DNA from: a virus
Taxonomy: Duplodnaviria; Caudoviricetes
DNA length: 44,686 nt
Direction: 5' to 3' (one strand)
IMG/VR virus record: IMGVR_UViG_3300020045_002994
Span: 1 to 44,686 of that record
Below, piece by piece: positions 34,424 to 43,811 of this stretch. Position 1 is the stretch's first letter, and each line of letters starts with the position of its first letter. Below the pieces are notes generated by a model. It was not told where the DNA came from. It made no database searches and saw nothing but the letters and a program-made list of their open reading frames with translations. A program made the translations under genes and the position numbers.

Positions 34424-36039
34424 TAGATATTAGTCTTTCCATGAGTATGGAAATCGAGTACCATGCTACTAAGATTAATAGGACCTTTAAGAACAATAGA
34501 ATGATTCATAGCTACTGCATTTTCAAAGGAATAAACTCTTTGATTCCCAATGTTTTCCAGGGGATAACCATTAAGATTAAGAGTATTCTTCCCATCCTGG
34601 GCATACATATCAATACAGGTTACAGTATTACCTGACTCAACATTCTCAATAGTAACCTTATCCAGTTGGAGTTTTCTGGAACGAACATATTGATATTTCC
34701 CTAGGATAAATACACCACCTTCAGTAGTAGCTCCGTGGAAGAATGCAATTTGTTTGGTAGTGTAGTCAGAAGCAATGAATGCGATGCCAGTATATAGGGC
34801 ATCTAATGGAGCACCTGAATTATCGCCAGCTAGGAGAACCTCAATACATTCAAAGCAATCCCAATGGGTAAGCTTTAATTTCCCGTACCGCTTAAGAACT
34901 AAATCATACACAATGGCATGAGTAAAAGCTGCGCCGGATGTGGCACCGTAGGAGATAACTAAGAATCTATCCGTGATAAGTGTGAATTTCTTAGTAACAA
35001 CAATACTAAGATTAGTCTGAGTTAATAGGTTCGTGGTTTCATCAAAATCTTCAAAGATCTTGCTAACCAAGAAATCACTCAATTCGGGGAGAACTGCACT
35101 TGCAATTTGTGCACTTAAGGATTGCAATCCTCTAGTAGTTACTGCAACTTGAGATTGTGAATTAGCGTCAAATGCAATAAGATCGTAGGATAAATTCCCA
35201 CCAGAACCTTTAATTTCCTGAAAGGTAAATGGATACCGAGAATTCCCGGTATAAGTCATTGCAACTGCGGATACTTGGGTGTACACAACAGCACCAAATC
35301 CTGCGGGGGCTACGTATGTGATATAGCCTCTAATTGCTTGAACTCCGCCACCACCTGCCCCAGTTACTAGAGATGGGGTATAATCTAAGAAGTTAATGCT
35401 AGATGACCAGTATATGGCACTGGATTCCCAAAGAACTCCGTAACCTGAAATAGCTGCAAAACCTAATGGATTGGCAGGGCCACCAACAATTACTTGGGAG
35501 TTTAGTGTAAGGACAGAAAACGTAACACTAAATAAATCAGTAACTACAGCACCAACAGTGCTTGCTCGACGACTGAAGCCATATGAAATACCATTAATAT
35601 TCCCACAGCTGAATGTTGAGCTAGCCAACCCAGGAGCAACATTGACAGAACTTAAAAGGCGCCAGGCCGGACTAATTAAATCATCTCGCACATAGTAAGA
35701 AACATTGTTTCCAACCACTACGTGCATTAACTGGCCAAGTACTCCATCCGAGCTAACCCAAGGATATACATTAAGTTTAGTTGGCGCAGCACCAGGAACT
35801 GCAAATGCAGCAACCTTAGTGTTATACGCTACACTCTGAAATCCTTGTGCAGTAGGGAGAACATTGTGGCAATAGTATAGTTGTGGAATGCCAACATCCC
35901 GGTCACCATCCACACTGCTACTAACTTGCCTATTAAAAGTATTATCAGGGCCCTGAACAATTACAGTTCTGCCCTGATAAGTACTTACAAAAGGAAAAGC
36001 TTTTGCAGAGAGGTTAGCACGATAAGTGATTGCACTCAT
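34423..36039 (-). CDS. tail tubular / nozzle (packaged-DNA stabilisation) protein
   Basis: 538-aa beta-rich protein, IYWSS..NFLDY motif; position after adaptor and tailspike. Confidence 0.55.
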   Translation of the reverse strand: MSAITYRANLSAKAFPFVSTYQGRTVIVQGPDNTFNRQVSSSVDGDRDVGIPQLYYCHNVLPTAQGFQSVAYNTKVAAFAVPGAAPTKLNVYPWVSSDGVLGQLMHVVVGNNVSYYVRDDLISPAWRLLSSVNVAPGLASSTFSCGNINGISYGFSRRASTVGAVVTDLFSVTFSVLTLNSQVIVGGPANPLGFAAISGYGVLWESSAIYWSSSINFLDYTPSLVTGAGGGGVQAIRGYITYVAPAGFGAVVYTQVSAVAMTYTGNSRYPFTFQEIKGSGGNLSYDLIAFDANSQSQVAVTTRGLQSLSAQIASAVLPELSDFLVSKIFEDFDETTNLLTQTNLSIVVTKKFTLITDRFLVISYGATSGAAFTHAIVYDLVLKRYGKLKLTHWDCFECIEVLLAGDNSGAPLDALYTGIAFIASDYTTKQIAFFHGATTEGGVFILGKYQYVRSRKLQLDKVTIENVESGNTVTCIDMYAQDGKNTLNLNGYPLENIGNQRVYSFENAVAMNHSIVLKGPINLSSMVLDFHTHGKTNI

Positions 36040-37742
36040 TATACTTGGGTCCCTACAACAGTACCATCAGTATCACTTGCCGGCACTCCAGATTTGATTC
36101 GCAATCTCCCAGAGCCATCTACCCAAAGTCGATAAACTCCAAGTTTTGCTGGTCCGGTATTCCAAGCTCCTGTACCAACACCAACTTCACCACCACTTGG
36201 ATTAAGTAATAGAGGTTTAACAGAAATACCTGCATTAAGTGACTGCATAACTGTAAGATCATTTACAGTGTCATAACCAATAGCAACTCGCTTAGTTCTA
36301 GTGGTTAAATCACTAACAGCAAATGTACCATTTCCTCCAGAATCCCCCACAGGATTAACTAAATAAGATCCAGTCTCTCCGGTGATTTCTAGCTCAAATT
36401 GTGGATCTGCAGCACCAAAACAATACCTGTTAAGATTATAACCTTGGACAGATAAGAATTGATTCAACGCCGCGCTAGCATTTACTAAGCCTGTAGCTCC
36501 ATTTGCTTTAGCAAAACTAACTGAAGCATTTAAGATATTTACAGTACCAACACAGCCTACTGCATATCTGTGGCTAGCTCCCCTAGTTCTAACTCCTGTC
36601 AACGCAGTTGCAGAGATTGCTCCACCAGTAGTGTCAAAAGTAATTGCGTTATAAATGTTAGCAGCAAGTGTGCCGCAAGAATCTGCAGTAACATTATTTA
36701 AATTGCAGTTACTTGCTGCAACAATAAAACCCTCTTCGCCACAGGCATAGGCAAGTAAATTACCCCCAGTAAGGCTAGCACTGGTAGGATCAATTACAAA
36801 TCCATAACGCTCACAGAAATATGCCCTAGAATTAGATATAATGTTTGGACCGTCTGCAAGATAAAATCCAATGCCAGAACCATTTGTTGGATTAGCAGGA
36901 TCTTTGATAGCTACATTAACAATACAGTTATCAAACACCGCTTGAGCTTGGGATCCAAAATCCGAAATAAACCCATTAGCAGAGGACTCTACAATGCAGG
37001 AACTAATTTCAACCCTAGATCCACTGAGATTGTTAAATCCACCACCTTTTTTTCCCAGCTCCCCAAAAGCGTTGTGAACACCAATACCACAATTTTTAGC
37101 AAAAGAGTTAGTAACTAAAACTCTTTCTGGCTTACCTAAATTAATACTGCCAACATACGGAGAAGGCCCAGTACCCGCCCCAGTAATTCCGACTAAGCCA
37201 ACACCAAAACCATTATCCCAAGAATTTAATACTTTGCAGTTTTCAACAAACGTATCGTCTGAACCAATTAAAACCCCAGAACAATATGCAAAAGCAATTT
37301 GGTTACCTAAAACTGGCTGAGCAATTCCGAGGGCATTATGATCAAAAATTAATCCTCTAAACTTAGAGCCTGCGGCAGCGGGTGCAGTAACCATACTAGG
37401 TTTAATAAAAGTACCTGCACGGTCTAATTTTAATGTTGCCCCTTCCGAATACCACCATTGCTGTGCGGATACGTTTAAAGTATCTGTATGTCTGTAAATA
37501 CCTGAAGGCCAAAATAATGCACAATTTAATACAATTGCTGCAGAAATAGCTACATTAATTTGTAACCAATCATCTGTCACTCCGTCACCTGTCACACCAA
37601 AATCTTTTACACTTCTGCTTTCTTGCAATTTAGAAGTAAGTGTGCGAAGTCTGGCACCAATGCTACCTTCTAAATAAGAAATATAATCTGAAGATTCTCC
37701 TGGAGCAAACGTTCCAGCTGGATTCCAAATACTTGCTGTCAT
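36039..37742 (-). CDS. tailspike with right-handed beta-helix (pectate-lyase-like) domain
   Basis: SVKDFGVTGDGVTDD motif, Asn/Gly/Cys ladder repeats, C-terminal LWVDGSGRLRIK...DTDGTVVG. Confidence 0.8.
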   Translation of the reverse strand: MTASIWNPAGTFAPGESSDYISYLEGSIGARLRTLTSKLQESRSVKDFGVTGDGVTDDWLQINVAISAAIVLNCALFWPSGIYRHTDTLNVSAQQWWYSEGATLKLDRAGTFIKPSMVTAPAAAGSKFRGLIFDHNALGIAQPVLGNQIAFAYCSGVLIGSDDTFVENCKVLNSWDNGFGVGLVGITGAGTGPSPYVGSINLGKPERVLVTNSFAKNCGIGVHNAFGELGKKGGGFNNLSGSRVEISSCIVESSANGFISDFGSQAQAVFDNCIVNVAIKDPANPTNGSGIGFYLADGPNIISNSRAYFCERYGFVIDPTSASLTGGNLLAYACGEEGFIVAASNCNLNNVTADSCGTLAANIYNAITFDTTGGAISATALTGVRTRGASHRYAVGCVGTVNILNASVSFAKANGATGLVNASAALNQFLSVQGYNLNRYCFGAADPQFELEITGETGSYLVNPVGDSGGNGTFAVSDLTTRTKRVAIGYDTVNDLTVMQSLNAGISVKPLLLNPSGGEVGVGTGAWNTGPAKLGVYRLWVDGSGRLRIKSGVPASDTDGTVVGTQV

Positions 37743-37756
37743 TTTAATTCCTAAAT

Positions 37757-38350
37757 TTAGTAGCCAACAGCTTGAACATTACTGAGATTAATCAATGCAG
37801 TTTGTTCCACATATAGCCCACGCATTGAAGCTTCTTGTTCTGCATAGCCAATACTCTTAAAAATAGTGGCAGCAGCATCATAGATAATTCCGAATGGAAA
37901 ATCTGTAGCAATCCAAGAAGAATAAGTAGGCTCAGCAATATCCGGATAAAGATAGCAACCAAGCATGATATATTGGGAAGCAACAGCAAAACGAAACTGG
38001 AGGTTTAGTCCAGCTTCATACACAACATCACTTTCCAATACATTGTAATCATCCAATAATTGAACTGGAGAGATTACACGGAGAGGGGGTTCTACAGGAA
38101 GGAATGTAGACGCATCAACTCTACGCACATAGGATAAAGACCTCCAACGAGGAATGATTGTTTTATAATCAAAGGTTTGGAGAACATCAGAAGAAGAAAA
38201 AGCAACGCCAGTCTCAAAAATATCTTTGGAATAAAAATCCCGCTGATGTAATTTGAGAGTGGCTGCTTGAATTGCAAGAAACGTTTGAGCAATCAGGTCA
38301 GGACGCCCAGTGATACCATAAACAGCATTACGAATTTCAGTGAGCGTCAT
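37757..38350 (-). CDS. head-tail adaptor / tail tubular protein A-like
   Basis: MTLTEI...V..ITGRPDL N-terminus, SWIA...P..IIY.AA C-terminus; size and position. Confidence 0.6.
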   Translation of the reverse strand: MTLTEIRNAVYGITGRPDLIAQTFLAIQAATLKLHQRDFYSKDIFETGVAFSSSDVLQTFDYKTIIPRWRSLSYVRRVDASTFLPVEPPLRVISPVQLLDDYNVLESDVVYEAGLNLQFRFAVASQYIMLGCYLYPDIAEPTYSSWIATDFPFGIIYDAAATIFKSIGYAEQEASMRGLYVEQTALINLSNVQAVGY

Positions 38351-38354
38351 AATT

Positions 38355-38843
38355 TTACTTCTTCATGCCAGCAAGCATCTTGCTCATATCAAATGTTTGG
38401 GGAGAACCACCATCTGGGTTACCTGCGTTAATTGCAGCAGACATTGCAGCACTTGAATCAACTGCATTTGCAGTAGAAGCTGCCTTAAGTGGGCCATTAA
38501 CTGAGAACCCAGCATCATTGTTAGGATTCTGTGCGGCCGCTGTACTTGCAGCAATTTCAGCCAAAAGTTCCCTACGCATACGTGCACGAATAGCAGCAAG
38601 AGGATTTTCAAGTTCCTCAATATCATGCAGCGAAGTGGTAATGATAAGGGAAAGTTGCTCTTGCTCTTCCTTCAATTCATTAATCTCAGGAAGGGAGCGA
38701 GTTGAGTAAACATGGTTCACGAAGTCCGCAACTTTACCATTACGGAAAACATATTTGCAAGAACCAATAGGACTACGGAAATGGGTAACTTCCACCTCTT
38801 CCGTCTTTTTTGGAGCATTACCTGCAGTATCTAAATCAGACAT
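38355..38843 (-). CDS. hypothetical protein after the capsid gene
   Basis: AAGGA RBS; clean ORF. Confidence 0.7.
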   Translation of the reverse strand: MSDLDTAGNAPKKTEEVEVTHFRSPIGSCKYVFRNGKVADFVNHVYSTRSLPEINELKEEQEQLSLIITTSLHDIEELENPLAAIRARMRRELLAEIAASTAAAQNPNNDAGFSVNGPLKAASTANAVDSSAAMSAAINAGNPDGGSPQTFDMSKMLAGMKK

Positions 38844-38870
38844 TTTAAATCCTTAATTTGGTGTGAGAAG

Positions 38871-38905
38871 AAAAAGGTACCGGAATTGTTTCAGAGCCCG
38901 GCACC
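38871..38905 (-). terminator. Rho-independent terminator after the major capsid gene
   Basis: Minus strand GGTGCCGGG-loop-TCCGGTACC-TTTTT. Confidence 0.65.
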
Positions 38906-38934
38906 ACAGCACTGTTCCCCTCACAGGAATCTAA

Positions 38935-40167
38935 TTAACCAGCTGCACCATCAGTGAGGTTATAGATGATAGCATTTGCAGGAGGATTCTTAACAACCGT
39001 AGTAACTTCAGTTGTCAGAGTACCACCTTGGGCATCAATACCATTATCCGTAGCATCCGACTCACCGGCACCATTGAAAGACTTATATTGAGTCTTACGA
39101 TCACCTAAGTAAGCCAGGCGGAAAGTGGAAAGATCAACTGCAATTGCCATCTTAGCCCAGCTTGCATTGCTATTGAACAGCGGATGCTCAATCATTGCAA
39201 AGGTACCACGGCTGATGTTGAATTCCTCATATTGCATACCATAACTGGTTTGCTGCGGGAGAACTTGGTAAGTACCCAGCAGTCGACCAATCTTAGTAAG
39301 CACCTTCTTAGCAACACCGCCAACGAACAGAACACGTTGGTTACCAACTTTTGGATCAGTATTCTGATTGAACACCGGATCCAAGAAGCCTTCAAGTTGC
39401 GTGTAATTCGTAGTACCGCCAGCAGTATTCACGTTAACTGCGGCATACGAAGAAGGATAGTAGGAAAGGTTACCAACAATGTTGATCAAACCATCCATGG
39501 TACGGAACGGCTGACCATTACGAGTACCTAAGAACTTCTGACCAAAGATGATTGCTTTCTCAATATCAACTGCGTGGAATGCCATGCAATCCATTTTGGA
39601 TTCTGCAACATTCGAATCACCTGCAATCATTAACGTAGCGCGCATCGAATCCGTCACAGCCCAGGTATTACGGAAAATCTGGGTGTAATTAGTAATGCGA
39701 ACCGGAACGATATTTAAAGCATTCGGACGCAACGAACCTTCTTCATATGCAGTGCCGATGGAATACAACTTAACTGCAGCAGCCATACCAGCAGCAGCAA
39801 CAGTGCCGACAGCTCGGGTAACTTGCACCTGAGTCGGAGAGATAACATTGTTGATAATGATATTCTCAAACGAACCAGTATCCGCACGCATTAACATGCC
39901 CGGGAGGACATTAGCAGTGCTGGTAACATTGAGAACAGTGTCAGCTGCAACCACGGTACTGGCAATAGTCAGTTCCGGAAACAGCATAGTTTTAGTGAAG
40001 AAACCATGTTCATATTGAACAGCAGTTTCAGATTGAAGTTTCGAAGTCATCCCGAACAAGGGAGCTTCACCATTTGGCATTAACCGGGTGATAGCAGAAG
40101 CGAATGATTTCTTCTGCAGGTCAGTTACGGTAAATGCTGCTGCATTACTAAGAATACCGATAGGCAT
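38935..40167 (-). CDS. major capsid protein (HK97 fold; SU10/DUF5309-like)
   Basis: NYTQIFRN..AVT, DIEKAIIFG, RTMDGL motifs; follows the scaffold; codon usage of a highly expressed gene; terminator downstream. Confidence 0.85.
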   Translation of the reverse strand: MPIGILSNAAAFTVTDLQKKSFASAITRLMPNGEAPLFGMTSKLQSETAVQYEHGFFTKTMLFPELTIASTVVAADTVLNVTSTANVLPGMLMRADTGSFENIIINNVISPTQVQVTRAVGTVAAAGMAAAVKLYSIGTAYEEGSLRPNALNIVPVRITNYTQIFRNTWAVTDSMRATLMIAGDSNVAESKMDCMAFHAVDIEKAIIFGQKFLGTRNGQPFRTMDGLINIVGNLSYYPSSYAAVNVNTAGGTTNYTQLEGFLDPVFNQNTDPKVGNQRVLFVGGVAKKVLTKIGRLLGTYQVLPQQTSYGMQYEEFNISRGTFAMIEHPLFNSNASWAKMAIAVDLSTFRLAYLGDRKTQYKSFNGAGESDATDNGIDAQGGTLTTEVTTVVKNPPANAIIYNLTDGAAG

Positions 40168-40198
40168 GATGTTTCCTTAATTAGTTAGTGTGAAAAGA

Positions 40199-40600
40199 TT
40201 AGAGACCTTTGATGGTAACCGTAACGGCACCAGTTCGGGTAAGCATAAACCAACCGCTACCAGAAGCAGGAACAGAAGTTTTACCAGACAAGGTAACACC
40301 AGCAGCGGTTAAGAGAGTAAGAGCAAAGGCAGTTTGCACACTAACAAAGAACATATGCGAATCACCAATATCTAACTGCTCTAAAGCGGCAAGTAAAAGA
40401 ACTGCAGTAGGCACAGTATCACTACGGCCAGCAGTCATACCTGCACGAGTATATAAACCACCAACAATTGCAGCTGGCAGAATAGTTTGGTTAGAGTCAG
40501 TTGCTTGAATAGTTTCCGAAGGAAAAGCAAGCCAACCATCACCATTACGTGCGGGCTTATTCATACCCACATCTTGAACAATAGCGCGAGGATAAGTCAT
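40199..40600 (-). CDS. putative capsid decoration / minor capsid protein
   Basis: Small T/A/G-rich beta protein between scaffold and MCP. Confidence 0.5.
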   Translation of the reverse strand: MTYPRAIVQDVGMNKPARNGDGWLAFPSETIQATDSNQTILPAAIVGGLYTRAGMTAGRSDTVPTAVLLLAALEQLDIGDSHMFFVSVQTAFALTLLTAAGVTLSGKTSVPASGSGWFMLTRTGAVTVTIKGL

Positions 40601-40692
40601 GATAGAATCCTATTAATTAAGTTAAGAGAGTTAAGGGATAGGATTTTCGTAAGGGTTTTGGTGTGGCTTGTATATCTTAGGTCTTTAAGGAA

Positions 40693-41412
40693 TCAAGTAG
40701 ATGCCCATTCATCCCAGTCTGCAACTTCAACACCACGACGACTATTAGGTTGAGGAGCTGGAGCTGCTTTAGGAACAATTGCTTCTAAAGAACTAGCAAC
40801 ATATTCCTGGGCCATCGTTGCAATATTCGCTGCAGATTCGTTCGGATACTGGCTAGTGAGTTGAGCTTGCACTGCTTGAATCCAAGGAGCAACTGCAGGA
40901 TGAGATAATGCAGGGTTTTTAGTCAGAAGAGTTTCATTAACATTAAGCTTCTTAACCCGAGTAGGTAACTCATCAAACACTTCATTCTTATTCCGTTTCA
41001 ATGCTTCTTGCATGATTTGGATATTAGCATGTGCCGAATCTGCGTAAACAGTTTGAACCATGCTATTCATTGCTTCTAACATAGCTTCCGAAGCGCCAGC
41101 ACCACCTGCATTAACTTTAGCTAACAATTCAGGAGTGAGTACATTTCGGAAATCACGTGCTTTAGCGCCAGTACGAAGTGTTTCTTGAGTTACTCCATCA
41201 AACATTCCCTTGGGTGCGTTTGCCGGATCAATAGGTTTAGTTTCCCAAAGTTTGGCAAAAGGATCCATTGGGGATGCTGGAGGTGCAGCAGGTGCGGGAG
41301 GAGTTGCAGCAACAGCAGGAGTTGCCGGAGGTGCAGCAACTACCGGAGCAGGAGCTGGTTTACCAAACACCGAAGACATTGCATTGCTGATAACATTAGG
41401 AACAAGAGACAT
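40693..41412 (-). CDS. putative capsid scaffolding protein
   Basis: Pro/Ala-rich N-terminus, helical body, DWDEW C-terminus; between portal and MCP. Confidence 0.6.
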   Translation of the reverse strand: MSLVPNVISNAMSSVFGKPAPAPVVAAPPATPAVAATPPAPAAPPASPMDPFAKLWETKPIDPANAPKGMFDGVTQETLRTGAKARDFRNVLTPELLAKVNAGGAGASEAMLEAMNSMVQTVYADSAHANIQIMQEALKRNKNEVFDELPTRVKKLNVNETLLTKNPALSHPAVAPWIQAVQAQLTSQYPNESAANIATMAQEYVASSLEAIVPKAAPAPQPNSRRGVEVADWDEWAST

Positions 41413-41421
41413 GATATTTCC

Positions 41422-41709
41422 TTAATTAGTGGAAGGGGATTGAAGAGATTGGAGAAGTTCAGTTGCAGAATCAGAAGCTGCTAACATATACTGATAAGCA
41501 GAGATTTCTCCTTTTAAAGCAGCTTCAGCCTGGAGGAACACAGATGGGTTAACTGGATCAAAATCTAAATTCAGGCGTTTTTGTGCAGCTTGAGATAGAA
41601 GATATTGAATCCAATCTTTTGTAGGTGCAGATAGAAGAGCAGCCCTAGCTTGTTCTTCTTCATCTTTGAATTGCACCCTACAAAATGCAGATGGAATAAT
41701 TTGTGCCAT
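41422..41709 (-). CDS. hypothetical protein
   Basis: AGGA RBS; small helical gene after the portal. Confidence 0.7.
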   Translation of the reverse strand: MAQIIPSAFCRVQFKDEEEQARAALLSAPTKDWIQYLLSQAAQKRLNLDFDPVNPSVFLQAEAALKGEISAYQYMLAASDSATELLQSLQSPSTN

Positions 41710-41739
41710 GTAAGTTTCCTATGTGTGAGGGGATTTTGA

Positions 41740-43806
41740 TCAAGATTGTGTTGGGTAGTTTGTAGATCCTTTCTGAATAACTTGAGAAGATTGATTAGGT
41801 AACTGAGCAGCCGGAGTAGTTTGCGGAGCTTGGTTACCAGGAATAACTCCAGGACGTTGAAGCTGTTGATTTGGATCATAACCAAACTGATCCGGAGTAG
41901 GTTGCGGTGGAAGAGATTTAGGATCTCCACCTTTCTCAACAAGGAGAGTAGCTAAGTTATTCCACTGAGCTGTTGCTTGTTCATAAGCTTGTTGAGCTGG
42001 GCCTTTCTCAAAGGATGCAATATCTGCATTCTGTGTTTTCATGAGGTAAGAAAACATAGGAGGAAGATTATACCCAGCAGCAAGAGTAGGAACAGCGGCA
42101 AGAGTTTGGAAACCTACATTGAGAGCATCTCCGCTAATGATCTTACTGGAAGGAAGTAAGCCATCAGATACCTTAAATGCGAGGGCCGTGTTCCGAAGTT
42201 TAACTGGATCAATGTTAACATTCTGTTGGAGAGTGGCTGAAAAAATCTTAGCCACTCCTTGGTATTGGAGAATGTTAATTTTCAGAATTTGCTTAAGTGG
42301 GGTGAATACTTGGTCTTCTAAAAGAATAGAAGTCATACGATCCCGACCAGTGGAGTTATCATCCACAGTCTGGAATTCTTTTAAGGTCTTATTTCCTTTT
42401 TGAAATTGTCCACGTCGAGTTCTATTTTGTCCGGTTGTTTGATCCGCAAGCTGTGAAACTTGTTGGATTTCTTGTAGAATGAGTCCGGATTGATCGTCTC
42501 TAAATGGGAAAGCATAAACTGCTTCGCCAAGAGGCTTTCCATAGGCAGCAGGTTTAACTGGGATTTTGGCTGAAGGATTTGCTGAATTAATGTGTTGTTC
42601 AGCGATTCTAGAAGGATCATATAAAGTCCGATCTGAAATAGCCCTGCGACGTGCAGCCATAACTGAATTCATCATTGCAGAAGTAACGTCTTGAATTTGC
42701 TCAACGTTTTCTGCAAGAGATTTAGTTTGATAATCCAATCCATCTTCTAATGGCTGACCCATGAGAATAGGAAGAAGGTTATGTGCATTGGTCATGCGTT
42801 CCGCGGCCAGCAGAACATTGTTATTCACATAGGTTAATTTCCAAACCTGTGGAGTTTGTTCAGCAGCTACGCGGAGGTTAAAGTCAGCAGGAATGATACG
42901 TGCATATAAGATAGTTACAACATATGAATTCTTATACTTAATCTTATCATCACCATCTGCCGCACCAACCCAAGCCATCCAATCAGGTTCAGCATTAAGA
43001 TCTGTAATAGGGGAAATATCCCTACGAATTTGTGGGAGGTAATAGGAATAAATATCCTGCGCAGCAGTTGCACCCCAAGCTTGTTGGGTTGACTCTAATG
43101 CTTTAACAATGTTAGCTCGAATAACACCAGGGAGGGAATTGATATAGGACTTAAGTTTAGTCCGGGACATTAAGAGGTTATAGCCGAAGTGTTCACCTTC
43201 AGTGGACAGGTCAGCTGGGTGAACTCTCTTATCCCAGAATGCATTGTATAAATCAATCCGTTTGATTGTGTTTCCACTCCAGATAACTTCCTTTACTTGC
43301 GCCTCGCGCTGAGAGGCAAGAGTTTCAAAGGTAGGAGTAACACAGGTTTCCCAATTAACTTCAAGAGCACAGAGGTTATATTTGAAACCATCTCTGAAAA
43401 ACATCTGGATCTGGCGCGCCCAACCACCACGAATGGAATTCTCTTCCATAATTGCATTCATTTGTCCTGCAGCATCCTGATTCAGAGGATCTGCAATGAA
43501 TGCAAAGATTGGATAACCAGTGAGGAAAACTTCTGTTTGGTATTCCACAGCGGATTCAACCTGTGGATACATAATTGGAATTGTTACGTTCTGGAATTTA
43601 TTAGAATTCCCTAAACGGTTAGCTATTTTAGCACGTGAATTTTCTACTGTACCATCACGTTCCCGTGCAATTGCAATGTCAATGTTAAGAAAACGATCAC
43701 GAATGTTTTCAAAAGAATTAAACGTATCCATGTAGGAACGCTTAAGTTGGAGAAACCCCTCCTGTGCTTTAGGAGGAATATACATTGGAGTTGCAGGAGT
43801 TGTCAT
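41740..43806 (-). CDS. portal protein
   Basis: 688 aa; position between terminase and scaffold/MCP; PQVESAVEY..EVF, GQFQKGNKT motifs and Q/P-rich tail typical of podovirus portals. Confidence 0.75.
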   Translation of the reverse strand: MTTPATPMYIPPKAQEGFLQLKRSYMDTFNSFENIRDRFLNIDIAIARERDGTVENSRAKIANRLGNSNKFQNVTIPIMYPQVESAVEYQTEVFLTGYPIFAFIADPLNQDAAGQMNAIMEENSIRGGWARQIQMFFRDGFKYNLCALEVNWETCVTPTFETLASQREAQVKEVIWSGNTIKRIDLYNAFWDKRVHPADLSTEGEHFGYNLLMSRTKLKSYINSLPGVIRANIVKALESTQQAWGATAAQDIYSYYLPQIRRDISPITDLNAEPDWMAWVGAADGDDKIKYKNSYVVTILYARIIPADFNLRVAAEQTPQVWKLTYVNNNVLLAAERMTNAHNLLPILMGQPLEDGLDYQTKSLAENVEQIQDVTSAMMNSVMAARRRAISDRTLYDPSRIAEQHINSANPSAKIPVKPAAYGKPLGEAVYAFPFRDDQSGLILQEIQQVSQLADQTTGQNRTRRGQFQKGNKTLKEFQTVDDNSTGRDRMTSILLEDQVFTPLKQILKINILQYQGVAKIFSATLQQNVNIDPVKLRNTALAFKVSDGLLPSSKIISGDALNVGFQTLAAVPTLAAGYNLPPMFSYLMKTQNADIASFEKGPAQQAYEQATAQWNNLATLLVEKGGDPKSLPPQPTPDQFGYDPNQQLQRPGVIPGNQAPQTTPAAQLPNQSSQVIQKGSTNYPTQS

Positions 43807-43811
43807 GGTTT

